Origin: Vibrio vulnificus CMCP6
Lineage (GTDB): Bacteria > Pseudomonadota > Gammaproteobacteria > Enterobacterales > Vibrionaceae
DNA length: 32,000 bases
Reading direction: 5' to 3'
Assembly: GCF_000039765.1 (NCBI RefSeq)
Contig: NC_004459.3
Span: 540,001-572,000, forward strand
Numbering within the stretch: the first letter of the stretch is position 1; each line of letters begins with the position of its first letter. The notes beneath the pieces were generated by a model, which was not told where the DNA came from, searched no databases, and saw nothing but the letters and a program-made list of their open reading frames with translations. Shown here piece by piece: positions 20,301 to 32,000 of this stretch. A program made the translations under genes and the position numbers.

Positions 20301-21848
20301 TCGCCACCGCCACACCATGACATCTACTCGATCGAAGATTTGGCTCAGTTGATCTACGACTTGAAAAACGCCAACCGTAAAGGCCGTGTCAACGTTAAGC
20401 TGGTTTCGGAAGCTGGCGTGGGGACAATTGCTTCTGGCGTGGCAAAAGCAAAAGCCGACGTGGTTCTGATTGCCGGTCACGATGGTGGTACCGGTGCTTC
20501 ACCGATTTCGTCGATTCGTCACACCGGTCTACCTTGGGAGCTTGGTCTTGCAGAAACACACCAAACGCTGCTGAAGAACGGCTTACGTAACCGTATCGTA
20601 GTTCAAGCCGATGGCCAGATGAAAACCCCTCGAGACATCGCAATCGCAACGCTATTGGGTGCAGAGGAATGGGGTGTCGCGACTGCTGCCCTCGTGGTTG
20701 AAGGATGTGTCATGATGCGTAAGTGTCATAAAAACACTTGCCCTGTTGGTATTGCAACTCAGAACAAAACGCTACGTGAGCGCTTTGATGGCCGCGTAGA
20801 AGACGTGGTGACCTTCTTCCTCTACATGGCACAAGGCGTGCGTGAAATCATGGCGGAACTTGGCTTCCGTACTGTGGATGAGATGGTGGGTCAGGCGCAA
20901 AAACTCAAAGTACGCGACAACGTTTCTCATTGGAAATACAAGAATTTGGATCTTTCTCCAGTTCTCTTCCTAGAGCAGCCTCGCGAGCAAGATGGCATTT
21001 ACTGTCAAACCAAACAAAACCACCAGCTAGAAGCGGTACTTGATCGTCAATTGATTCAAGTGGCGACACCAGCACTGGAAGACGGTTTGGCGGTAACCGC
21101 GGAATTCCCAATCATCAACACCGATCGCTCTGTGGGTACCATGCTGTCGAACGAAATTTCGAAAGTGTACAAAGACCAAGGTTTACCACAACCAATGAAC
21201 GTCAAGTTCAAAGGTTCTGCTGGCCAATCCTTTGGTGCTTTCCTCGCGAAAGGCGTGACGTTTGAAGTAGAAGGCGATGCGAACGACTACTGGGGCAAAG
21301 GTCTCTCTGGCGGTACGCTGGTGCTCTACCCAGACAGCAACTCTACACTGGTGCCAGAAGACAACATCGTCGTGGGTAACGTTTGTTTCTACGGTGCAAC
21401 ATCCGGTGAATCTTACATTCGTGGCCTGGCTGGCGAGCGCTTCTGTGTTCGTAACTCCGGTGCCAAAGTGGTCGTTGAAGGCGTTGGTGACCACGGCTGT
21501 GAATACATGACCGGTGGTGTCGCAATTATCCTCGGTTCAACAGGTCGCAACTTTGCCGCCGGTATGAGTGGCGGCGTGGCCTACGTTTGGGACAAATCAG
21601 GTGACTTCCAGTCGAAACTGAACCCTGAACTGGTTGACCTCGATCCAATCGAACAAGAAGACAAAGATCTACTGCTGGATATGTTGAACAAACATGTTCA
21701 GTTCACAGGAAGTGAAGTGGCTCAAGCTTTCCTTGCCAATTTTGAAACCAGCTTGAAATCCTTGGTAAAAGTCATGCCACGTGATTACAAAGCGGTACTA
21801 CAAAAACGCAAGGCAGAAGCAAAGCAACGTGAAGCGGAGGCAGTGTAA
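17310..21848 (+). CDS. gltB: Glutamate synthase (GOGAT) large subunit, copy 1
   Basis: Short propeptide then [18 protein letters not shown] (Ntn amidotransferase Cys); [15 protein letters not shown]-type motif; SNSGEGGED; [20 protein letters not shown] (3Fe-4S cluster). Confidence 0.97.
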   Translation: MVDREQSSQGLYTPELEHDACGIGFVAHLKNRKSHQVVTQALDMLARMEHRGGQGCDPCSGDGAGILLQKPHEFLLEEAVKLGIKLPSFEKYGVGVVLFPKDEYKREQCRDILERNAKRLDLDIIGYRVLPTDNSMIGADPLSTEPQFEHVFISGGPGTSPEELERKLYVLRNYTVRVCLESVSNIGDDFYINSMSYKTLVYKGQLTTEQVPQYFQDLQNPTMVTALALVHSRFSTNTFPKWRLAQPFRYIAHNGEINTVRGNLNWMKAREAILESKLFTQAEIDMLLPICQEGASDSANFDMVLELLVLSGRSLPHALMMMIPEAWQENKAMDPKRRAFYQYHANIMEPWDGPASVCFTDGVQVGATLDRNGLRPSRYTVTKDNMLIMASESGVVEIPPENVEYRGRLQPGRIFVADLEQGRIISDEEVKDSIANAQPYEQWVTDNLLSLKSLPDADNVHSQPSPERLLHRQQAFGISAEEVNEIILPLAQTGYEPLGSMGADWPVAILSHQSQHLANYFKQLFAQVTNPPIDPIRERMVMSLNTYIGKDQNLLAESPVHCRKVELESPVISNAELEKLRAIDNEHLQAKTLDIVFQANEDAGKLERALKRICQYAEDAVIDGYSIILLTDRAVNSNHAAIPAMLAVGAVHHHLIRKGLRAKCGIVVETGDARETHHFATLVGYGANAVNPYLVTETIVDLQRRKKLDANVSVEEYFNNYRKGVNGGLLKIFSKMGISTLQSYHGAQIFEALGISKAVVEKYFTGTVTRIQGLTLDDIAKEVLVRHRVGYPTREIPIQMLDVGGVYQWKQRGEKHLFNPETIHLLQHSTRNKDYAEFKKYAAEVDRQGDKAVTLRSQLDFVKNPAGSIPIDEVEPVESIVKRFATGAMSFGSISYEAHSTLAVAMNRLGAKSNSGEGGEDPIRFSPNENGDSERSAIKQVASGRFGVTSYYLTNSDEIQIKMAQGAKPGEGGQLPGDKVDDWIGATRHSTPGVGLISPPPHHDIYSIEDLAQLIYDLKNANRKGRVNVKLVSEAGVGTIASGVAKAKADVVLIAGHDGGTGASPISSIRHTGLPWELGLAETHQTLLKNGLRNRIVVQADGQMKTPRDIAIATLLGAEEWGVATAALVVEGCVMMRKCHKNTCPVGIATQNKTLRERFDGRVEDVVTFFLYMAQGVREIMAELGFRTVDEMVGQAQKLKVRDNVSHWKYKNLDLSPVLFLEQPREQDGIYCQTKQNHQLEAVLDRQLIQVATPALEDGLAVTAEFPIINTDRSVGTMLSNEISKVYKDQGLPQPMNVKFKGSAGQSFGAFLAKGVTFEVEGDANDYWGKGLSGGTLVLYPDSNSTLVPEDNIVVGNVCFYGATSGESYIRGLAGERFCVRNSGAKVVVEGVGDHGCEYMTGGVAIILGSTGRNFAAGMSGGVAYVWDKSGDFQSKLNPELVDLDPIEQEDKDLLLDMLNKHVQFTGSEVAQAFLANFETSLKSLVKVMPRDYKAVLQKRKAEAKQREAEAV

Positions 21849-23317
21849 TGGGTAAGCCGACTGGATTTTTAGAGTTTGGACGCGAGCTTCCAAAGAAGCT
21901 TGCACCAGCAGAGCGAATCAAAAACAACAAAGAGTTCGTACTCAACGCGGAGTTTGGTAAGAAAATTAATACCCAAGCGTCTCGTTGTATGGACTGTGGT
22001 GTGCCGTTTTGTCACAACGGCTGCCCAATTGGTAACATCATTCCGGAATTTAACGATGCGGTTTATCGCGACAGTTGGGAAGAAGCGTGGAACATTCTAA
22101 GTTCAACCAACAACTTCCCAGAGTTCACCGGACGAGTTTGCCCTGCGCCATGTGAAAGTGCTTGTGTCTTGGGCATCAACCAAGACCCAATCACCATCTG
22201 TAACATTGAGAAAACCATTGTAGAAACGGCGTATCGTGAAGGGTACGCCAAACCTAAAACACCGCGTTCGCGTACAGGTAAGAAAGTCGCGATCATCGGT
22301 TCAGGCCCAGCAGGTTTAGCCGCTGCAGAGCAGCTCAATAGTGCGGGCCATTCGGTGACGGTTTTCGAGCGCGATGAGAAAGTCGGTGGTCTACTGCGTT
22401 TCGGTATCCCAGATTTCAAACTGGGCATGGACATCATTGACCGCAAGATCAATCTCATGGCAGAAGCTGGGGTTGAGTTTAAGGTGAATCAACATGTTGG
22501 TGTGGATGTGAACGCACAGCAAATTCGCCAAGAATACGATGTTGTACTGCTTACTGGCGGCTCGACCGTACCACGCGATCTTCCTGTCCCTGGCCGCGAA
22601 CTGAAAGGCGTTTACTTTGCGATGCAGTTCCTCGCACAAAACAACCGCCGAGCAAATGAAATGGACCTTAAAGGTGAAGAAATTCACGCAGCAGGAAAAC
22701 ATGTTGTCGTGATCGGTGGTGGTGATACTGGTTCAGACTGTGTGGGTACTTCTAACCGTCATGGTGCTGCAAGTGTAACTCAAGTAGAAATCATGCCTGT
22801 GCCACCAGAAAAGCGCCCTGCCAATATGCCTTGGCCGCAATACCCAATGATTCTTCGCACCTCAACTTCGCATGAAGAAGGGGTTGATCGCCATTGGAAT
22901 ATTCTGACCAAAGAGTTCATCGGCAACGACAAAGGTGAAGTCACAGGTCTACGTCTTGCAGACATTGTTTGGCAAGATGCACAACCAGGCGAACGCCCAA
23001 GCTTCAAAGAAGTCGAAGGTAGCGAGCGCGTGATTCCATGTGATATGGCTTTCTTGGCGATGGGTTTCCTTCACCCAGAACCGCATGGTGTACTTGCGCA
23101 GTTGAATGTCGCGCTGGATGAACGCGGTAACGTGGCAACTCAAGATTTCCAGACCAATCAACAAGGCGTATTTGCCGCAGGTGATATGCGTACTGGTCAA
23201 TCTTTGGTGGTGCGCTGTATCAACGAAGGTCGTGAATGTGCACGTGCTATCGACCAATACCTAATGGGCAATACCAATCTGGAAGCAAAAGCCGATTCAC
23301 TCATGCTTTCTGCTTAA
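21848..23317 (+). CDS. gltD: Glutamate synthase small subunit, copy 1
   Basis: [17 protein letters not shown]...CMDCGVPFCHNGCPIGNIIPEFND; [13 protein letters not shown]; 1-nt stop/start overlap (TAATG) with gltB1. Confidence 0.96.
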   Translation: MGKPTGFLEFGRELPKKLAPAERIKNNKEFVLNAEFGKKINTQASRCMDCGVPFCHNGCPIGNIIPEFNDAVYRDSWEEAWNILSSTNNFPEFTGRVCPAPCESACVLGINQDPITICNIEKTIVETAYREGYAKPKTPRSRTGKKVAIIGSGPAGLAAAEQLNSAGHSVTVFERDEKVGGLLRFGIPDFKLGMDIIDRKINLMAEAGVEFKVNQHVGVDVNAQQIRQEYDVVLLTGGSTVPRDLPVPGRELKGVYFAMQFLAQNNRRANEMDLKGEEIHAAGKHVVVIGGGDTGSDCVGTSNRHGAASVTQVEIMPVPPEKRPANMPWPQYPMILRTSTSHEEGVDRHWNILTKEFIGNDKGEVTGLRLADIVWQDAQPGERPSFKEVEGSERVIPCDMAFLAMGFLHPEPHGVLAQLNVALDERGNVATQDFQTNQQGVFAAGDMRTGQSLVVRCINEGRECARAIDQYLMGNTNLEAKADSLMLSA

Positions 23318-23326
23318 TTGCCTACT

Positions 23327-23364
23327 CTTTACTCGGAGCGGTCAAGAAACCTATCCGAGTAAAG
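23327..23364 (+). other. Perfect 11-bp inverted repeat in the gltD1 3' UTR
   Basis: CTTTACTCGGA-gcggtcaagaaaccta-TCCGAGTAAAG, without an immediate T-run. Confidence 0.7.
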
Positions 23365-23398
23365 AAAGATAATCCAATCCTTCCAAACTTTTTCTTTT

Positions 23399-23425
23399 GA
23401 CCAGCATTTTATGCTGGTCTTTTTT
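23399..23425 (+). terminator. Rho-independent terminator after gltD1
   Basis: GACCAGCAT-ttt-ATGCTGGTC followed by TTTTTT. Confidence 0.93.
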
Positions 23426-23746
23426 CTTCTCCAGACTTCATTTATGTTGCAAAATTGTAACAATAAAAAATCTATCTTTTTGAATTTAAACACCTTATTT
23501 AGACCATTACGTGGTAAATCGCATATTGACGTGATTATTCACTAACAACTTGACCTTTTTCACAATAACCTATACGTTGTGAATTCAGTGCAACATAAAG
23601 CCTCATTTATTGTTAAGAATTTAGAACGTTTTTATTGCATAAACATACAAATACGAATAATTAGAACGCATAGTTAGTCATACATACCAGCATAAACTGT
23701 GTTGGTATTTCTGTCTGGAAGACAGAGAAGCAAAGGGAGAATTGCA

Positions 23747-26700
23747 ATGGCTCTTTATGATCCAAGTTTAGAGAAGGACAACTGTGGTTTTGGTCTTATC
23801 GCACACATGGAAGGTGAGCCTAGCCATAAGCTGGTCCGTACCGCGATTTCAGCACTTGATCGCATGACACACCGCGGTGGTATCGCTGCCGATGGAAAAA
23901 CCGGTGACGGTTGTGGACTATTACTTCAGAAACCCGACTCTTATTTACGTCTTATCGCCAAAGAAAATAGCTTCAATTTAGCGAAGCAGTATGCGATTGG
24001 TATGATCTTCTTCAGTCAAGATCCCGTTAAGGCGCAAACCGCTCGCGATATCATCAACAAAGAACTCGCCAAAGAGACACTCACGGTCGCAGGTTGGCGC
24101 AAAGTGCCAACCAATCCAGCGGTACTTGGTCCCATTGCCGCGGATTCTTTACCCGATATTCAACAAGTGTTCATTTCAGCTCCCGCTGGCTGGCGTGAGC
24201 GAGATATCGAGCGACGCTTGTATATTGCTCGCCGCCGTATTGAAAAACAGATCACTGACGATAGAGATTTCTACGTTTGTAGCTTATCAACACAAGTGAT
24301 TGTCTATAAAGGCTTGTGTATGCCAGCGGATCTGCCGCGTTTCTATTTGGATCTCGCGGATCTGCGGATGGAGTCAGCTATCTGTTTGTTCCATCAACGT
24401 TTCTCAACCAACACTCAACCACGTTGGCCGCTCGCTCAACCGTTCCGCTACTTAGCACACAATGGTGAGATCAATACCATTGAAGGCAACCGCCAATGGG
24501 CTCGCGCTCGTGGCTATAAATTTGCGTCGCCACTTCTGCCTGATCTGCAAAGCGCTGCACCATTTGTTAACGAAACGGGCTCGGACTCCTCCAGCTTAGA
24601 CAATATGCTGGATCTCTTCCTTGCTGGCGGTATGGATATCTTCCGTGCCATGCGCATGTTGGTGCCGCCTGCATGGCAAAACCACCCAGATATGGATCCA
24701 GACCTACGTGCCTTCTACGATTTCAACTCCAAACACATGGAGCCTTGGGATGGTCCTGCTGGTATCGTACTTTCTGATGGACGCTACGCCGCCTGTAACC
24801 TCGACCGCAACGGCCTACGCCCAGCTCGCTATGTGATCACCAAAGACAAGTTGATCACCCTAGCCTCAGAAGTGGGCATTTGGGATTACGCACCGGATGA
24901 AGTGGCGGAGAAAGGTCGCGTTGGTCCCGGCGAGCTGTTGGTGATTGATACCCGTAAAGGCAAGTTGTGGCAATCGAGCGAGATCGATAACGATCTCAAG
25001 AGCCGCCATCCTTACCGCGAATGGATGGACAACAACGTTCGCCGCCTTACACCATTTTCTGAACTACCTGAAGATCAAGTGGGTGAACGCAGCTTTGATA
25101 GTGACACACTAAAAACCTATCAAAAGCAGTTTGCGATGAGCAATGAAGAAGTCGATCAAGTACTGCGCGTGTTGGGTGATATGGCGCAAGAAGCCGTCGG
25201 CTCTATGGGCGATGACACCCCGATGGCCGTCTTGTCTTCAAAAGAGCGACTCGTGACGGACTATTTCCGTCAGAAATTTGCTCAGGTCACCAACCCACCG
25301 ATTGATCCATTGCGCGAACAGCACGTCATGTCATTGGCCACCAGCATCGGCCAAGAGATGAACGTCTTTTGTGAAACAGACGGGCACGCTCACCGCGTGA
25401 CATTCGGTTCTCCGGTGCTGCTCTATTCCGATATGCAGCAACTACTTGAGCTGAGCGATGACCACTATCGCAACACCATTTTGGACATCAACTACGATCC
25501 AAGTGAAAAAGATCTCAAGCAAGCGATATTGGATCTCTGCGATCAAGCAGAGCAAGTTGTCCGTGATGGCACGGTTTTGATTGTGCTTTCTGACCGCCCT
25601 TTAGTGGCAGGTAAACTGCCAATCCCAGCAGCCATGGCGGTGGGTGCGGTACAAACTCGTCTCGTCAACGCCAACTTGCGTTGTGATGCCAACATCGTGG
25701 TGGAAACAGCGACCGCGCGTGACCCTCATCAATTTGCTGTGTTGCTCGGCTTTGGTGCAACCGCAGTTTACCCCTACCTTGCCTATGAAGTGCTAGGGAA
25801 ATTGATCGACGATGGCGCACTCGAAAAAAGCTATCGCGAGGTGATGCAAAACTATCAATATGGCATCAATAAAGGTCTGTATAAGATCATGTCGAAGATG
25901 GGCATCTCCACCGTTGCTTCTTACCGCTGTTCTCAACTTTTTGAAGCGGTTGGTTTGAGCCGTGATGTAGTGGAGTTGTGCTTTAAAGGCGTAACCACCC
26001 GCATTGAAGGCGCTGGGTTTACGGACTTCCAACAAGATCTCTTTAACCTCTCTCGCAAGGCATGGGCAAAACGTAAATCGATCGAACATGGCGGCTTACT
26101 CAAATACGTACACGGTGGTGAGTACCACGCCTACAACCCTGATGTTGTTGGCACGTTACAAAAAGCGGTGAAATCGGGAGAAAGCGGTGATTATCAGCAG
26201 TTCGCTCAACAAGTGAATCAGCGCCCTGTCGCCATGCTGCGCGATTTAATGCAACTGAAAAAAGCGGACCAGCCACTTGCGTTAGAAAAAATTGAACCCA
26301 GTACCGAACTGTTTAAGCGCTTTGATTCTGCGGCGATGTCGATTGGTGCATTAAGCCCAGAAGCACATGAAGCGTTGGCAACCGCCATGAACCGTTTGGG
26401 CGGTTACTCCAACTCGGGCGAAGGGGGCGAAGATCCACGTCGCTTTGGCACCGAGCGTAACTCGCGCATTAAGCAAGTTGCCTCTGGCCGTTTTGGCGTC
26501 ACGCCGCACTACCTCACCAACGCTGATGTACTGCAAATCAAGGTCGCTCAAGGTGCAAAACCAGGCGAAGGCGGTCAGTTACCTGGCCACAAAGTCACTG
26601 CCGAGATTGCTAAGCTGCGTTATTCCGTGCAAGGCGTGACACTTATCTCGCCACCACCGCATCACGACATCTATTCGATTGAAGACTTAGCGCAATTGAT

Positions 26701-28210
26701 TTTTGACTTGAAACAGGTCAACCCGAAAGCACTGGTTTCCGTCAAATTGGTGTCTGAGCCAGGCGTCGGCACCATCGCCACCGGCGTTGCCAAAGCCTAT
26801 GCCGATCTCATCACCATCTCTGGCTATGATGGCGGTACTGCTGCCAGCCCACTGACCTCAGTAAAATACGCCGGCAGTCCATGGGAACTGGGCCTAGCTG
26901 AAACGCAACAAGCCCTAGTGGCCAATGGCCTACGCCATAAAATTCGTCTTCAAGTGGATGGTGGTTTGAAAACGGGCTTGGATGTGGTGAAAGGAGCGAT
27001 TCTAGGTGCCGAAAGCTTTGGCTTTGGTACGGCTCCAATGGTGGCAATGGGTTGTAAGTTCCTGCGCATCTGCCACCTCAACAACTGCGCGACTGGTGTA
27101 GCAACACAAGACGAAACTCTGCGTAAAGAGTACTTCAAAGGCTTGCCAGAAATGGTGATGAACTATTTCATCGGCTTGGCTGATGAAGTACGAGGCTTGC
27201 TCGCTGAACTGGGCGTTGAAAAGCTCACCGACTTGATTGGCCGCACCGATCTGCTCGAAGTGGTGCAAGGCATGACCGCCAAGCAGTCCAAGCTTGATCT
27301 GTCAGGCATTCTTGAAGCACCGGTGTCACCGCAGAATCTACCTCTGTTCTGGACAGAACCCAATGCACCATTTGATAAAGCAGTGCTAAACCAAAAGATC
27401 ATTGAAGATGCGCTTGATGCGGTTGAGAACCGTCAATCTGCCAGCTTCTTCTACAACGTGATCAATACCGATCGTTCGATTGGCGCACGCCTTTCCGGTG
27501 AAATCGCCAAGCGTTATGGCAACCAAGGCATGGCTGCATCGCCCATTAAACTCTACCTCGATGGTACCGCTGGCCAATCTTTTGGCGTGTGGAACGCAGG
27601 TGGCGTCGAGCTTTATCTCACTGGTGATGCCAATGACTACGTCGGCAAAGGCATGGCGGGCGGTAAGATTGTCATCAAACCGCACTTAGGCACTGCCTTC
27701 CGTTGTAACGATGCGACCATTATCGGCAACACCTGTCTCTATGGCGCAACAGGCGGAAAACTGTTTGCCGCAGGTAAAGCGGGTGAACGCTTTGGTGTAC
27801 GTAACTCTGGCACCATCACCGTGATTGAAGGCGCGGGCGACAACGCTTGTGAATACATGACCGGCGGCATCGTGGCCATTCTTGGCGCGACTGGGGTTAA
27901 CTTCGGCGCGGGGATGACAGGTGGCTTTGCTTACGTTCTGGATGAGAATGAAGATTTCCAAGGCCGTGTTAACAGTGAATCGGTTGAAGCAATTTCGCTT
28001 TCTGATCTTTATATCCACCAAGAACATCTACGCGGTTTGATCGCCGAGCATCTGGAAGAGACCGGCTCCGTTCACGCCGAAGATATTCTGGCCAACTTTG
28101 ACGCATGGATACCGAAGTTCTACTTGGTGAAACCGAAAGCAGCGGATCTTAACACCCTGCTTGGCCACCAAAGCCGCAGTGCGGCAGAACTTCGCGTGCA
28201 GGCCCAGTAA
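23747..28210 (+). CDS. gltB: Glutamate synthase large subunit, copy 2 (enterobacterial-type GltB)
   Basis: [45 protein letters not shown]...; [14 protein letters not shown]; [31 protein letters not shown] precedes the ATG at 23747. Confidence 0.96.
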   Translation: MALYDPSLEKDNCGFGLIAHMEGEPSHKLVRTAISALDRMTHRGGIAADGKTGDGCGLLLQKPDSYLRLIAKENSFNLAKQYAIGMIFFSQDPVKAQTARDIINKELAKETLTVAGWRKVPTNPAVLGPIAADSLPDIQQVFISAPAGWRERDIERRLYIARRRIEKQITDDRDFYVCSLSTQVIVYKGLCMPADLPRFYLDLADLRMESAICLFHQRFSTNTQPRWPLAQPFRYLAHNGEINTIEGNRQWARARGYKFASPLLPDLQSAAPFVNETGSDSSSLDNMLDLFLAGGMDIFRAMRMLVPPAWQNHPDMDPDLRAFYDFNSKHMEPWDGPAGIVLSDGRYAACNLDRNGLRPARYVITKDKLITLASEVGIWDYAPDEVAEKGRVGPGELLVIDTRKGKLWQSSEIDNDLKSRHPYREWMDNNVRRLTPFSELPEDQVGERSFDSDTLKTYQKQFAMSNEEVDQVLRVLGDMAQEAVGSMGDDTPMAVLSSKERLVTDYFRQKFAQVTNPPIDPLREQHVMSLATSIGQEMNVFCETDGHAHRVTFGSPVLLYSDMQQLLELSDDHYRNTILDINYDPSEKDLKQAILDLCDQAEQVVRDGTVLIVLSDRPLVAGKLPIPAAMAVGAVQTRLVNANLRCDANIVVETATARDPHQFAVLLGFGATAVYPYLAYEVLGKLIDDGALEKSYREVMQNYQYGINKGLYKIMSKMGISTVASYRCSQLFEAVGLSRDVVELCFKGVTTRIEGAGFTDFQQDLFNLSRKAWAKRKSIEHGGLLKYVHGGEYHAYNPDVVGTLQKAVKSGESGDYQQFAQQVNQRPVAMLRDLMQLKKADQPLALEKIEPSTELFKRFDSAAMSIGALSPEAHEALATAMNRLGGYSNSGEGGEDPRRFGTERNSRIKQVASGRFGVTPHYLTNADVLQIKVAQGAKPGEGGQLPGHKVTAEIAKLRYSVQGVTLISPPPHHDIYSIEDLAQLIFDLKQVNPKALVSVKLVSEPGVGTIATGVAKAYADLITISGYDGGTAASPLTSVKYAGSPWELGLAETQQALVANGLRHKIRLQVDGGLKTGLDVVKGAILGAESFGFGTAPMVAMGCKFLRICHLNNCATGVATQDETLRKEYFKGLPEMVMNYFIGLADEVRGLLAELGVEKLTDLIGRTDLLEVVQGMTAKQSKLDLSGILEAPVSPQNLPLFWTEPNAPFDKAVLNQKIIEDALDAVENRQSASFFYNVINTDRSIGARLSGEIAKRYGNQGMAASPIKLYLDGTAGQSFGVWNAGGVELYLTGDANDYVGKGMAGGKIVIKPHLGTAFRCNDATIIGNTCLYGATGGKLFAAGKAGERFGVRNSGTITVIEGAGDNACEYMTGGIVAILGATGVNFGAGMTGGFAYVLDENEDFQGRVNSESVEAISLSDLYIHQEHLRGLIAEHLEETGSVHAEDILANFDAWIPKFYLVKPKAADLNTLLGHQSRSAAELRVQAQ

Positions 28211-29641
<1,431 letters not shown>

Positions 29642-29662
29642 TATCTATCGGTGTGTTATGAG

Positions 29663-29692
29663 AGGTTGGTGAGCGATCATCAACCTTTTTTC
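29663..29692 (+). terminator. Rho-independent terminator after gltD2
   Basis: AGGTTGgTGA-gcga-TCAtCAACCT followed by TTTTTTCTTTT. Confidence 0.85.
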
Positions 29693-29753
29693 TTTTAGAC
29701 TTAATGTTTAGGATCTGCGGATAACGCCCTTTTGGGAACAGTAGGTGTACAGG

Positions 29754-30182
29754 ATGAAAAAACTCATTTTAACGATTTGCGCCACCTTAGCCCTGACCGC
29801 TTGCAGCAATGGAGCTTACACAATGACCGATCGAACTTCTCAGCCTTGTGGCAATAAACCCAACTGTGTGTCGACACAAGATGAGCGCGCGAGTTTCCAA
29901 CTCGACCCTTTTAAGCTCACATCCAACGCCACCTTAGATCAAATAGAGCAAGTTGCCCTTGAACTTCCTGGCGCAAAAGTGGCGGATAAAACGGAACACT
30001 ACTTAAGAGTAGAATGCACCTCACGACTGTTTCGCTTTGTTGATGATCTTGAACTCAAAATCGTCGATGGCCAATTGCTCGTCCGTTCAGAGTCACGCGT
30101 TGGTTACTCCGATCTTGGCGTCAATCGCAAGCGCGCAGAGCAATTAAGAAGCTTACTGACTGAGGCGGGTTTCATTAAGTAA
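29754..30182 (+). CDS. DUF1499-like lipoprotein
   Basis: MKKLILTICATLALTAC lipobox; CGNKPNCVSTQDE...LRVECTSRLFRFVDDLELKI pattern typical of DUF1499. Confidence 0.8.
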   Translation: MKKLILTICATLALTACSNGAYTMTDRTSQPCGNKPNCVSTQDERASFQLDPFKLTSNATLDQIEQVALELPGAKVADKTEHYLRVECTSRLFRFVDDLELKIVDGQLLVRSESRVGYSDLGVNRKRAEQLRSLLTEAGFIK

Positions 30183-30278
30183 AGGCAAAGGGTAAACAAC
30201 AAGCGAAAGTACTTATTGTGACAGAGCTTTGCTATACTCTCGCCAATTCTATGTTTGTTTAAAAATTAAGAGATTGAT

Positions 30279-30974
30279 ATGAAAGTCGGTATTATCGGTG
30301 CCATGCAACAAGAAGTGGCCATCCTTAAAGAAGCAATGACCAACGCACAAACCGTAAATAAAGCAGGTTGCACCTTCTATTCAGGTCAAATCAATGGTGT
30401 TGAGGTTGTGCTACTGCAATCCGGCATTGGTAAAGTTGCTGCCGCGATTGGCACCACTATCCTTCTCGATGAATATCAACCTGATATGGTGCTCAACACC
30501 GGTTCTGCAGGTGGTTTTGATTCCAGCTTAAATCTTGGTGATGTGGTCATTTCGACTGAAGTCCGTCATCACGATGCTGACGTGACGGCATTTGGCTATG
30601 AAATGGGCCAAATGGCAGGTCAACCAGCCGCTTTCCTCGCTGATGAAAAATTGATGAACTTGGCTGAAAAAGCGTTAGAGCAAATGGATGGACAACACGC
30701 GGTTCGTGGTCTCATCTGTACTGGTGATGCATTCGTTTGTACCGCTGAGCGTCAAGCCTTTATCCGTCAACACTTCCCATCCGTGATTGCAGTTGAAATG
30801 GAAGCGTCTGCGATTGCACAAACTTGTTACCAATTCAAAGTGCCGTTTGTAGTCGTACGTGCAATTTCAGATGTGGCAGACAAAGAATCACCAATGAGCT
30901 TTGAAGAGTTCTTACCTTTGGCAGCCAAGAGCTCGTCAGAAATGGTCTTCAAAATGTTGGAACTGCTGAAGTAA
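30279..30974 (+). CDS. mtnN: 5'-methylthioadenosine/S-adenosylhomocysteine nucleosidase
   Basis: [20 protein letters not shown]..., [17 protein letters not shown] and [13 protein letters not shown]. Confidence 0.97.
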   Translation: MKVGIIGAMQQEVAILKEAMTNAQTVNKAGCTFYSGQINGVEVVLLQSGIGKVAAAIGTTILLDEYQPDMVLNTGSAGGFDSSLNLGDVVISTEVRHHDADVTAFGYEMGQMAGQPAAFLADEKLMNLAEKALEQMDGQHAVRGLICTGDAFVCTAERQAFIRQHFPSVIAVEMEASAIAQTCYQFKVPFVVVRAISDVADKESPMSFEEFLPLAAKSSSEMVFKMLELLK

Positions 30975-30985
30975 TCGCCATATCT

Positions 30986-31939
30986 ATGACAGAGCTGTTT
31001 GATCAACTCTATGCCAACGGTGCGCTCCTCATTCTTTGGGGAGCGTTACTGTTCCATCTCATTATCCCGATTCCACGCTCCTCTCATCCCGTCACACTCT
31101 GGCACAAATTTGCACAGCTGTTGGCAGATAAAGTCAATACCCAACAAAGCTATCAACAAAGCCTCATCTCAGGCCATTTAGCGTTATTGTTGATGCTGTT
31201 TCCTTGTTTAGCGGTCCTGTTTGCTTTAAAACCCTTGGTTTGGCAACCGCAGCTATTTGAACTTGCATTGCTGCTGTTGGCGCTAGATTGGCGCAGTAAC
31301 GAGAGCCTCGCCAAAGCGCTGATTCGTGCTATGGCTAATGAGGATAAAGCTGCGGCAAGAAGCCTATTGGCCCCCTACCTCAATCGAGAAACCACCACCC
31401 TCTCCCAACTTGGTATCGGCAAAGCCGCTGCAGAGACCTTGATCATGGGATATGGGAGAAATGTCGTTGGCGTTCTCTTTTGGTTTGCGCTTTCAGGCGG
31501 CATTGGGGCATTGATGTATCGCCTCACGATTGAACTAGCAAGAGCCTGGTCACCAAGTCGCGCCAACTATGCGCCATTTGGTGTGGCCACCGTGCGATTC
31601 GCCGCAGTACTGGATTTTATTCCGCTGCGTTTATTTGCCGTTATGATCCTGCTTGGTCAACACACAGGTCAAACATGGCAAGGCATGCGTCAACAAGTCG
31701 CTTCTTGGCCATTGCCGGGTCCGGCTTGGTTACTGTGTGCCGTAGGCAACAAGCTGCAACTCTCTTTGGGAGGGCCAGCGATTTATCAAGGTAAAAGAGC
31801 CGAAAGAGCCAAAATTGGTGGACGCATTGCGCCCTCCGCTTTGCATATTGATCAGCTACAACATTTATTAGCACGTAGGATCCTAGTTTGGATTTTGCTT
31901 CAGAGCCTACTTATGGGGCTTATTTATCAAGGGATATGA
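30986..31939 (+). CDS. CobD/CbiB-family adenosylcobinamide-phosphate synthase-like membrane protein
   Basis: LLALDWRSNESLAKALIRAMANEDKAAARSLLAPYLNRETTTLSQLGIGKAAAETLIMGYGRNVVGVLFWFALSGGIGALMYRL, the conserved CobD/CbiB region. Confidence 0.8.
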   Translation: MTELFDQLYANGALLILWGALLFHLIIPIPRSSHPVTLWHKFAQLLADKVNTQQSYQQSLISGHLALLLMLFPCLAVLFALKPLVWQPQLFELALLLLALDWRSNESLAKALIRAMANEDKAAARSLLAPYLNRETTTLSQLGIGKAAAETLIMGYGRNVVGVLFWFALSGGIGALMYRLTIELARAWSPSRANYAPFGVATVRFAAVLDFIPLRLFAVMILLGQHTGQTWQGMRQQVASWPLPGPAWLLCAVGNKLQLSLGGPAIYQGKRAERAKIGGRIAPSALHIDQLQHLLARRILVWILLQSLLMGLIYQGI

Positions 31940-32000
31940 TGAAAACTCTCTCTTCACTTCTTCTACTGTTTTCGGTCAGTTTACAAGCAGCCCCCATTGA
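31936..32000 (+). CDS. Exported protein, truncated at window end; possibly vitamin B12 substrate-binding protein BtuF
   Basis: MMKTLSSLLLLFSVSLQAAPI.. signal peptide; ATGATG overlaps the stop of the CbiB-like gene by 4 nt. BtuF identity is inferred from gene context only. Confidence 0.5.
   Translation, partial: MMKTLSSLLLLFSVSLQAAPI

Overview
The window looks like ordinary chromosomal core genome of a Vibrionaceae gammaproteobacterium, probably Vibrio. The species was not verified. Gene order: (hemerythrin-like, partial) - ung - nfo - grcA - thrABC operon with a thrL attenuator - small beta-barrel-like protein - RraA-like - DUF3293-like - arcA - lipoprotein/arcB - PAS/GGDEF diguanylate cyclase - YhcC-type radical SAM - gltB1/gltD1 - gltB2/gltD2 - DUF1499 lipoprotein - mtnN - cbiB-like - (btuF-like, partial). 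I found no mobile element, CRISPR array, rRNA, tRNA or defence-like system. The interesting signals are regulatory: (1) an unannotated 17-aa thr leader peptide ([17 protein letters not shown]) followed by a perfect 17-bp attenuator stem; (2) two FNR-like boxes exactly 53 bp apart upstream of grcA; (3) a perfect FNR consensus and a nested hairpin in the long arcA leader; (4) a structured gltB1 leader with three hairpins and a 25-codon uORF overlapping the gltB1 start codon; (5) two tandem, divergent GOGAT loci separated by a structured intergenic region; (6) an uncharacterised lipoprotein gene tightly coupled to arcB. No clearly novel biological system is evident.
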